Assembly: GCA_020891255.1 (NCBI GenBank)
Contig: BQFW01000008.1
Location: forward strand, 930,001 to 994,000
Length of the DNA stretch: 64,000 nucleotides
Source: Entomortierella parvispora E1425
Taxonomy: Eukaryota; Fungi; Mortierellomycota
Direction of reading: 5' to 3'
Position numbers and translations under genes: made by a program. Under the pieces are notes generated by a model, which was not told the origin of the DNA, searched no databases, and saw nothing but the letters and a program-made list of their open reading frames with translations. Positions 35,201 through 45,281 of this stretch are shown one piece after another (within the stretch, counting starts at the first letter, position 1; every line of letters starts with the position of its first letter).

Positions 35201-38200
35201 AGTTCAGGCCCACCTTCAACCTATCAAATCTTGGATGACTGCATTACCCTCTCCTCGGGCGCCACCCATTGAGAAACCGGTGAAAGCCCTCTCTGAGCCC
35301 AGTATACGTGGAGGCTCCACCTCAAGGAAAAGCTCAATGAGTGGGTCTGGCCTGAGCAAAGAAATACCGATTCCAGCCGTTCTGAAAGCAGGGATAGTTG
35401 CCAGTCCATCGAGATCTTCATCACCAAACCGCAAATCTTCGCTATCACAAGAGGATTTGCCGCAAACGCCAATACCGGCCCGCGCAAATTCTGCTACACC
35501 TCAGCCATCTTCAGTCATTGCTGTCCCTATTCTTCCAGCCTTGAGTCTCCCTCGAACCAGCCTGGCGCTTCCAGATTTGGTAGAAAATGCCGAGGATGCG
35601 GAGGAAACGAAAACAGATGTCGAACAGGATGAGCAAGCTGTGATGACAGGGGAGATGAAGAGTCCAAATACGCTTTCGCGCTCAATACCGGCGAGCGATG
35701 GGACACCAAAACCGTCGCCCATCCTTGGAAAACGCACTGTTGGGGGATCTCCAACTACAGAAGGACCACCGACAGATTCTCTTGCTAGGCGGAGAAAGTT
35801 ATCTGATGGATTTCACCCGTCACCAAAGACCGAAGCAGTGGTATCAAGGCTGGACACTCTGCATCTAGTGAATACGCCAACAACATCCCAACCAGCAGAG
35901 CTTTCGGCTTCCTCAATACCCTCGAATTCTCAACATGCGGTGCGGCTCGATTCTGGGGGGGAAACCCACAACTCTCTGGATACCAAATTGGCAGTGCATG
36001 GTAACCATGTTGACCCATACCCGGCAAAAATCGAAGAAATCTACTCTGGCGCGGAATCAGGGGCACTTAGACCTCTGGAAAGTCGTTCTGATGTCGAGGA
36101 TGGCGCTCATACAGAAGCTCGACCCAACTCGATATTACAGGATACAGTCGTCAATATGCATCTGGATACAAAGTCTGAACCCAAGTTGGACCTTCCAGTA
36201 CCCATGTATGACCAGCCCACAGACCACGAAAAGCAACAAGCCTTGGCGCGTGCTCGAGCACTTGCATCTTCAAAAGTGCAACAGGAGCTGGAGAGTCGTC
36301 TTGCCAAGGAAAAGAAGCGGCTAGAGGACATTGAAAACTTCAAAGAAAAGTCTCGAGTGAGGACGGAAAAGGCGCAGAAGAGAAAGATCCAAGAAGCTAT
36401 GGAGACGCAAGTGCAAGATCGCCGTGCACAGCCGGTTCGTCAGATTAATCAGCAACAACAACTTCAGCGCTCAATGTCTTCACCTCAGGAGCAACAACGT
36501 ATGACGTATGTCACTCGGCAGTCGCGAGCAGGCACTCGACCAGAGACTAACTCCAGTGGTCAGAACAGCCCTCGACCCCATGGTCGACTTGTGCAGAGTG
36601 CTGTGAAAGAACAACGGAACTCGCCTCGATTGTCGGTGTCTGAGCCTCAGGCGGAAACAAACGCACAGTCTGTTAAGAGAGAGTCTGGTTCGGTACAGGA
36701 TGATCGAAACGAGGGATCACCACCAAAGGCATTGGCATTGGATCAGCAAGGCTCACAGCTATTGCTTCCTGAAGAAGCACCCCGTTATCACAGGAGGATC
36801 AACTCGGTGGACTATCAGCGACAAACAGCAGAGCCCTTGGGAAGCATTCGCCGTGATTCGAATCAATCGTCTTCAGGTCAAGGGAGCTTTGAGGGTCAGT
36901 ATAGAAGTCCCATTAGCAAGCGTTCAGACAATAGTCTCTATGGCGAATCCAGTTATATACGTTCTCAATCTGACATTATTCATCTTCTTTCTGCAGAGAG
37001 TCGAACCTCAGGGCAACAAGCCGATGGCCGGCCACCTCATACAGGACCAAATGGAGCCTCCGTTCCTCAGTACAGTGCGGATAATGATGGCAACTACTCC
37101 CCTTCTCAGTCTGAAGGTTCCAGAAATGGGACGCCTGGAAGGCCCATCCCTGCCAAGCGCGAGTCTAAAGCAAGACTCCAATTTATCCTCAACAATGACT
37201 CGCCCAGCCCAGAAAGCTCCCATGGAGATGATATGATTGAGCGGCCGTCGATATCAGAGGCACCGGCGTGGTATCAGCAACACCCAGAGAGTGAGCGACG
37301 CCTGTGGACTGACGGACCTGTGCCACATGGTCAACAACCCTCAGATCTCGAGGAATATACCCCACACGATCGAAGTGCCAGTGCTCACGAACGATTCCCT
37401 AGCATTGCCATGGAAGCAGATCCCGGTCGACGTTTGCCACTTAGAACCTCCACGCTTATTCCAGCTGCTCCAAGGAATGTGGAACGGTCTGCGTACAGCA
37501 CAATGCCAGAGTCTTATGAATATCCAGGTCGACACACTCAAGGTGACATGGCTCCTATGGCATTAGTGAATGAACGCCAGACTGCAAAAGCACCGCCACC
37601 CCCTGAGAGATGGCACGTACAACATCTTCAGCAATCTCAAGGACACGCATCAACACATCCAGGACAGCAAGTCCCCATGGCTCAGACACATAATCCTGCA
37701 AGGCGAGTGCCTCAAGATGGACCAAGCACACAGTCCCAGCAGCCTCCTTTATCCAGCCGAGAGTCTATGCAAGGACTAGACCAGGCTCCGTACGGACATG
37801 CTTCGCCTCGCGCGCCTTCCTCCGTGGACCACCAGGGTGTGCCCGCCAATGGGCCTGGACTAGTTTCAAAGCGGCCTCAGAAGATTTCTCACTCTCGACA
37901 CTCTTCATTGTCAAAATCAGGGCCAATGAACGAGGCCATGGTTCAGGGATCACTATACCAAACCCCTCGCCCGGTGTTTGCGCCCGGATCGACTCATTCA
38001 GCACCTGTACAGGCGGACTACTATGCTCAGTCTGCCTCTATGATGAATATGAACCAGCCATCGGCACGCTCCGGACCCCCTCCTCATGACGTCGCCCCAC
38101 CCGCACGCTTTCAGCAGCCGCTTCACCATCCTCAGCAGCATCCAATGCAACAACAAGGAAATTTGAATGCAGGATCCAGGAAGAAGGTTGCATTGGATCC

Positions 38201-39041
38201 ACAGGCAGGGCATGAACTCTCTCAGCAGCCGGGACCAGGCCCTCAAATGGCCTATGATAGGCAGCCACGTGCAGCTCATCCTCAGCAGTACCATCCTCAG
38301 CAACAGGGGTCGCAGCACATGCATTCGCATCGGCACTCATCTCATATTGAGAGTGGCGGCCATGGGTATGAGGCTGAACAGGAGCATGGGGTAGTTCACA
38401 GACATCCAGCGAGTGCTCACCCCCAATTGGGATATTACGAGCATGAGCCACAAACTCCACCTGGGCCAAGCCGTCCAGTCATGTACGGGTCACACGCACC
38501 CCATCCGGGGCAGGAGCGTCATGCCCCTGGATATCCTGCCCATCATGCCTCCACACCCTCGCACGACTTTGCGTACCATGCACCCCCTGTGAGCCATACG
38601 AGAGGAGAGCCAACGCACAAGGGAGATGGGCGTTTAGCTCATGGCGGGCGATCATCCAACTCTCACATTCCGGCTGACCACCAGATGCAGCAACAACAGC
38701 AAGGTCAAAGGTCATACCCGCCACATAACCAAGCTCAGGCTCCTCCTCCTCAACAGCAACAGCATCACCAACAGCAGCCCCAACAGCAGCATCAACACTC
38801 ACATCAAACACAGCAAACACATCTCCACCACGAATATCGACAAGGACAAACTGCCTATCGTCCATACCCGCCACAAATGCAACAGCACATGCAGCAGCAT
38901 CCATTGCCCCAGAATGGCTCGCATCCAAAGGTGTCCTCGCCGCGACATGGTCACCCAGGCGATTATGACCCAGCTTATCGACCCCATGCCCCTCACCCGC
39001 CGCCAAGGCCATCTCACGGACACGGGGGTCCAGCGTGGTGA
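32280..39041 (+). CDS. Divergent mRNA capping guanylyltransferase (NTase + OB domains) fused to a very long disordered tail; 11 exons, 1833 aa
   Basis: Exons 32280-32404, 32884-33028, 33135-33260, 33350-33433, 33514-33584, 33663-33800, 33871-34020, 34114-34155, 34251-34419, 34503-34633, 34721-39041 are all phase-compatible (5502 nt). Motifs FPGSYP, I (EKVTGIR), III (TILDGELV), IIIa (RFLVFD), IV (GEGLIF), V (LLKWK), VI (WRYYRTREDK). CEG1-family. Confidence 0.85.
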
Positions 39042-39604
39042 ACATGTCATTTCATGTCCTACAACAATTTCATTCGACGCAGTTTGCTCCTTGTTCTTTT
39101 TATTATGTCTCGCATGTATTGTAGTTGTATATTTCTCGAAGATAAAGAACAAACGAACCCTTCACGAACAACTTTATTACGCGAATGACCACATGATCCC
39201 ATTTGACCGTTCATGCATCCAACCTGGTAGCCAGTCAGCTGTGGGCTGGTGTGAAACCCCACGTCTCACCGTCGCACGTTTATTGACTTCAAATTTACAG
39301 CAAGGACCCTTTTCGGCGTCCATCACACATCTTGCACCTCCTTTTTCCACTTTGCATTCCGTCTCATTCCAACTCATCGCAACTTCACAGAAACAAACAT
39401 AGGCAAAACAATCCGCTTGGACATTGATCTTGTCGCCACCACTCGACCGACTCGACCCTATCTATTAGCTTCACTTGGTCGACCGTTGGTTTTCTCTCCC
39501 TTCCTTTCCAAACTACGCTGTTTTTTTTTATTACACGCATTCCCTTTGTTGCCGATTCGTTAGAACCCACTCAGCACCAGCACCAGCACCAAAATAACCA
39601 AAGC

Positions 39605-41326
39605 ATGTTGCTCTTGGTACCAACCGAGGACTCGACAGAGTCACCCTCATCCAGTCAACAACGCGTCTTGGTCATTCTTCCTCCTCGAGCAAACCTCGGG
39701 GCTGACACGATGGTGGTGCCAAGAGACCGTCGTGCAGGAGGAATGGCGACAGGTCAGTCCTTGTTGGACCCATTGAACCCTGCGAGCGGACGAAGACGAC
39801 ACAGCACGCAGGCCATCATGGTTTCTTCTTCCCAAGCCTCTTCATCGACCTCATCGACCTCATCGCCCTTCGTGTCAGCGTTACACAGCTCAAAGAAGGA
39901 ACGAAGGGGATCTCATCTCGGATTGTCGCGTTCAACCCTACGCCACTCCTTTAGTCAACCCTCCTCTCGGATATTCACAACCTATTCCATGTCATCGTCG
40001 TCACCGTCGCCCTCGACGATGTCCTATGCACAAAGGTCCTCATCCATGATGGTGGACGATGACAGTGAAGACGATTACTTATACCACGAAGCCTTCAAGT
40101 CAAGCCGAAGCGTTCAATCGCCCCTCTTGTTTTCCAAAAACTCGGAGCATGAAGAGGACTTGAGACTTCTCAAAAGCGACTACAGACAGAGTGTCGCCAC
40201 CGGAGGTGGGGTCATGGCGCGATCAACCGGGAAATGGAAATCCTTGAAGCAGATTATTGATGCCCCTCGGTCCACCACAGAAATCCCTTCGGGAGTGGTC
40301 TACCCCATACCTACAGCGATCGATAAACGACCGTCCATAGGGATTGAATCTGAAGACGAGGGCAATAATGGTGTCGAAGAAGGAAGCGAGGATCGACAGC
40401 AAACAAAAAGTTCAATTCCTGGTACCCCAACGAGTGAAAAAGTCCAAGCCTCTAGTTTTCTGTCGGCCGTAGACAGGACTTCCTCCTTGTCTTCATCCTC
40501 TTCCTCTTCGCCTTCTTTCTCCCTGTTGAAAGTGCAATCAGTGCCCTCGTTCATCTCGTCTCCCGGACTACGTTCACCAATGGGGGACTCTGCCTTGACC
40601 TCACCTACACGTGGACGCCGACATGTCTCTGAAGACAGAACCCCATACTTGACTGCAGACGATATCTCCAGTTCTTTGAATGCACATCTGACACCGCTTG
40701 AAATCCAGAGTCGCCTTTATTACCAGCGCGAACGCCAGACCTGGTCCCGTAGTCAGCGTCGCGCTCGGAGTACCAGTCATCGACCCCATCATCACCTCCA
40801 CCATCACCGACAGCAGCGGGAGTCTACAACTGGAATGTCAAACAGCAAGGAGCAATCACAACAGCTACAACAACAGCCCTGGCCACTGCCGAACCAATCA
40901 TCCCTTCAGCATCAGTTACTGTCGCTAGCCTTGGCAACGCCGTCCAGAATAGGGGCGGTGCATCCGTTTGATCGAGATTCTGCCACGATGCCGCCACCGC
41001 CCCCTCCTCTAACGCAATCCCGACCTATTTCAAACACAGGTGGGATGACGCCCACAAAGGGTACTGGGGAGGGGGTTCCACTGCCTCCGGTTTCAGCAGA
41101 GGAAAAACGGCACTCGCTCCCAAATGCATCTCGCATGGATCTCTCAGGAGAACAATTCCCTCATCTTCCAAAATTGCCTCCAAGCGCGTTCCGGACGGTC
41201 GAGTCGTTGCGACTGGACGAGGAAAAGATTAGGAAGGAACAGCTGGAGCAACGGCAGAGGGAGAGGCTGCTGCAGGAGCAAGATGAGATTGATCGGTTCT
41301 TGGTCTTTCCTTCTCCCACTCTCTGA
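39605..41326 (+). CDS. Hypothetical 573-aa Ser/Pro/Gln-rich, largely disordered protein with a short C-terminal coiled coil
   Basis: Uninterrupted 1.7-kb ORF from ATG with a downstream AATAAA. No recognisable domain. Confidence 0.7.
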   Translation: MLLLVPTEDSTESPSSSQQRVLVILPPRANLGADTMVVPRDRRAGGMATGQSLLDPLNPASGRRRHSTQAIMVSSSQASSSTSSTSSPFVSALHSSKKERRGSHLGLSRSTLRHSFSQPSSRIFTTYSMSSSSPSPSTMSYAQRSSSMMVDDDSEDDYLYHEAFKSSRSVQSPLLFSKNSEHEEDLRLLKSDYRQSVATGGGVMARSTGKWKSLKQIIDAPRSTTEIPSGVVYPIPTAIDKRPSIGIESEDEGNNGVEEGSEDRQQTKSSIPGTPTSEKVQASSFLSAVDRTSSLSSSSSSSPSFSLLKVQSVPSFISSPGLRSPMGDSALTSPTRGRRHVSEDRTPYLTADDISSSLNAHLTPLEIQSRLYYQRERQTWSRSQRRARSTSHRPHHHLHHHRQQRESTTGMSNSKEQSQQLQQQPWPLPNQSSLQHQLLSLALATPSRIGAVHPFDRDSATMPPPPPPLTQSRPISNTGGMTPTKGTGEGVPLPPVSAEEKRHSLPNASRMDLSGEQFPHLPKLPPSAFRTVESLRLDEEKIRKEQLEQRQRERLLQEQDEIDRFLVFPSPTL

Positions 41327-41411
41327 AAAATGGCAACAAAGACACCCTAGAGTTTGTTGCCATGCTAATAAAAAAAAAGAACGTGTTTTCTACTTGTGGG
41401 TTGCCACCAAA

Positions 41412-41412
<1 letters not shown>

Positions 41413-41445
<33 letters not shown>
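41413..41445 (+). repeat. Poly(A) tract, 33 nt
   Basis: Direct reading of the sequence. Confidence 0.9.
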
Positions 41446-41447
<2 letters not shown>

Positions 41448-41642
41448 ACTGTGTTTGTCGGAACCACAAAAGATAAGGATGGACATTCCCATCAAAAATT
41501 GGGCAAAGCCCCGACGCTTTGGGCCAACCTTGATCTGTGCATACATATGAGTCTTGAGGAAAAAAAAAAAAAACTCTGACTCGAGGTCAGGATTCTGGAA
41601 GGTCTTCATGACCACTGATTGCATTACTTTATTGACCTCCAG

Positions 41643-42152
41643 CGTGGGAACAAAACCCATGATTGGGTTTCTTTTCTGTCTCTGAGACTATTATCCGCCA
41701 TGAGTATGTACCTTGTGCATGGATCATTGGAGAGAAACGGAACGTTCACAAGGTATGACTGACGTCCAAAACAAGATTGAAAAAGAAAAAGAAAAAAAAA
41801 AAATAGAAAAGTGATGGGCGAAAAGGGGAACAGGGGCGAAATGGATTTGAGGTGACGATCATGAATGAACCCCCGCAGGTACCGCACCGTGGGATACCAG
41901 GCGCAAATTTTTCCCACGGCTTTGTGTTCGTTCAAAAAAAAGTCCATTGTCTCTTTGCCTTCGTTTCAATTGATCTGTATCTTGAAAGGAAAGATCGGAG
42001 AAGGGAGGTCAATTGACCGGGCTACACCGGGAGCATGATCGCTTGAAAATCCGTTCAATGGCTCAGATGTGTAATAGCTCTTGGGACCTTTTCGCACAGG
42101 AAGCTTTTACATCTCTGGTTTTACGGGCGGAATCCTCACTGGCCCGTGGGAA
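41643..42152. promoter_or_regulatory. Cluster of CSL-consensus sites: CGTGGGAA at 41643-41650 (+), 41911-41918 (-) and 42145-42152 (+), plus near-consensus CGTGGGAT at 41888-41895
   Basis: Exact matches to the established CSL element (C/T)GTG(G/A)GAA, 3.1-3.6 kb upstream of a CSL gene. Function is inferred. Confidence 0.5.
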
Positions 42153-44367
42153 TATCAGGCCTGGACTGTGATTGGTCCACATGCACGTGAAAGGTACCAA
42201 GCCATGCTTTTTGCTTAAGCCTGAAAGGTCCTTGAAGGACGCTCTCCTCCCTCCTAACCTGTTCGCCACTTTCCGTCAAATGATCGACATGCGCAATAGC
42301 AGGTTTACCGCCTCCTCCGGTCGGAAGAAAACAAAATTCCTCGATCACTTGGGGTTTTGGGGTTACACTTGGTGCAAGATTCGAGGGGGGGGGGACAGGG
42401 CGCAGAGATTGCAGTCAAAGCGAGATGACAAGGACAATCCAGATGTCGTGCTCGATGAGATATTGTCCAGCGGGAGTGGTAGGAATTTTCAGGGATGGAA
42501 AAAAAAAAAAAAAAAAAAAAAGGTATTGTGATGTCAATGGAACTACATTGCACCCCGGGAAGAGGTAGCGTGGCAAATTTCTGTGTTGCCACCGCAGCTC
42601 TTTTTCCTTTTCGACTCTTTTGTTCAGGGCTAAATGGTTGCCAATGAGCATCATTCTGTCGCCATCACATGTCGGTGCAGACAGTTTGCCACAAAAAGGC
42701 TGCTTCTTCTTGGACGTGCTGTAATGATCACGATGGTTCCTCATCTCATGTTTTTGTTGTCATCAAAAATATTTCCACGCTGAGCAAAGTGACAATAGCC
42801 CTCCTGCAAGAGACCGAAAATAACCTTCTTTGTTTCTTTTTTTCTCATCCGCTATCTCTTTGCTCAAATTCCACATCTCGGAGGATCGCTTGGGCTTGGG
42901 TTCATGTCCACTTTTTTGTTGTTACACTGGGGCGATCGATTGAGCGGACCGGAGAGAAGTGGAGCAAGAGAATTGCGTGTGAGAGCGAGCGTGGGCAAAC
43001 CCGAAGAGGCCAATTCCGAACGTACAAACAAGCTGGTACAGACCCACTACCGCCTCCACGCTGGTGAGATCTTTGTTTATACAGGCTGGAGCTGACCCAT
43101 GTCACTTCCCCTCAGTTCACTTCCGCGGTGATTTTATTTGAAATACAGCGTGTTATCACCATGATCTACGAAATCGAACCCTTGAATTGAACAAAAATAG
43201 CCAATGGACTCGCTGGCTTCTTTTTTTTTCACACTCCCTTCCAATCCCTTGAGCGGCAAATTCCTCACATTTCATATTTTTTGCCCTTTTGGACTCGTTG
43301 TGCATCCCCGACGGACCATTTTTGGGTCTCCCTTTTTGTCGCTGGATCACCGACTCAAGCGTGGGTATATTTTTTGTAAATGATGAATGGAATGCCAAAA
43401 CAAGCAACAAAGGTGGGAAAGCTGAAAGAACACAAGCCTAAAATAAAAGAGGGAAAGAACGCCCAATGAAGGAGGGATGGCAAAGGTCCAGTTCTGAACT
43501 TGAAAGAGGGGGGCAAGGAACGACTGTGTGGAGAATTGATACAGGGGAGAGGGGACAAGATGACGAAGGTCAACTAAAAAAAAAAAAAGGCTCCTGAGTT
43601 GTTACCGCTTTCGTTTTTTTTTTTTTTTTTTTTTTTCGTTTGCACACACTTGAAAGAAAAAGGGAGAAAGTGGGACAAGAAAAGGGACGGGCTTTGGGAG
43701 CCTGGGCCGAGGGGTCGTACTCAAAACCCCACAAAGAGCCATCAGGGTGGCGGGGAAGTCAGGAGAAAACAAGAAGGGGAGCTAGATGGGGGGTTGGAAA
43801 AGACGAGGGGATGTTTGCAATCCCTGCCTGCCAGGTGTGGCAACGGGCACACAGTTGATACGGCCAGGGAGCTGAACAAGAGCGTGCATCGGGAGGAAGA
43901 AGCAATGGGTCCACGGATGATAGGCAGTTCAAAGAGAACGGCTGTCTTTTGTTTCTTTGTTTCGTCTGTCCGGAGAAGAGAAGGGCTCAAAACGAGGGCA
44001 AAGAGAATGAGAAATGAAATGTCAATGTGGACGGAGAGGCGAGCGAAAATAAAGTGAGCGTGCAGACCGATGGAGTGAGAGAGAGACACGGACAAGCGTA
44101 GACGAACGAGGCACCACAACGAGGGGGTTTGGTTCCTTATCTCAGCATATTCGTTTTGTATTGCGATTGAATACTCCTATCTGCGAAATGGAGCGTGCAG
44201 CTCGGTCGCGTTTGCGTTTATTACCTTTGTTGCACATGAACATGGAGCGAGGGGGGGCAGGGGAGGGGTGTGAGTGGAGTGGACGGAGGGATCCTCGGCT
44301 TATACGCTCTTTCTTTTTTTAACTTTTTTTCAGTCGTCCACTTTCACACACTCGTGAGAGTTCTGGC

Positions 44368-44435
44368 TGACACTTGACACTTTGAACCTGCCTGTTCCAA
44401 CGCTGACACTTGACACTTGACACTTGACACTTGAC
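44368..44435 (+). repeat. Heptamer TGACACT tandem copies (2 + 4)
   Basis: Copies at 44368-44381 and 44404-44431, read directly. Confidence 0.85.
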
Positions 44436-44550
44436 TCGCACCATCATACTCTGGCACTCTGGCTTACAGAACACCCACCACGCTCGCTCGCTCGGTCGGT
44501 GTGCTTGTGGGCAGTGTGAGTCGGTCCGGACTGTCTGTCGAGCTTGTTTA

Positions 44551-44634
<84 letters not shown>
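44551..44634 (+). repeat. (TCTG)21 microsatellite upstream of the CSL gene
   Basis: Direct reading of the sequence. Confidence 0.95.
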
Positions 44635-44635
<1 letters not shown>

Positions 44636-45281
44636 GTTGCCCCCCCACGGGCAGGGACGAGGAAGTGAACGACGAGGAGGATGGGTGGCAGTCAGGGCTG
44701 CAGTCCAGGCAAAGGGAGAATGAATGAAATGAGCTGCATCGCCCCGCTGAAAACAAAAAGGAAACAAAACGAAACGGAAGTGAGTCGACCACACAACACT
44801 CACTCAATACTGTACAGACAACACAATACAACACACACACAGACACACACGATCATAATCAACCAAAATCACATAAAGAGAGAGATAAGAGGATCGCAAT
44901 TTTTTTTTTTTTTTTTTTATCTCTCCCCCCTCCTCCTCCTCCTCCTCCTTTCTGCCCCTCTCTTCTTGTCTCTCTCGCTCTTCCTTCATCGCTCGTCTGT
45001 CCTTGACCTCTTTTCTCTCACGCTTCGGTCTCGTTTATATTCCATCCTCTCCTCCTTCCCTTCCTTCGCTTCCCTTCCCTTCCCTTTCTCCCACCCTTTC
45101 TCTACTTTCTCACACTCTTTGATTCTCCACATCCCAACAACGTGTTTGCTCGAGGCACCATCGCACAACACTCTATTCTTGTTCACTGCTCCCACTCCTC
45201 GCCTTCTCCGTCCCCTTCCCTTCTGCCCTTGCTCCCCCTTCTCCCCGCCCCTCTCCACATCCACACAGATCCTCGCCAACC

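Noticed and set aside
34680-39041. 1453-aa ORF as a stand-alone gene
   Set aside because: Its listed start lies inside intron 34634-34720. A canonical GT-AG junction joins it in frame to the guanylyltransferase exons.
41624-44846. Several 70-175 aa ORFs in the gap upstream of CSL
   Set aside because: They run through homopolymers and microsatellites, lack coding-like codon bias and show no recognisable motifs.
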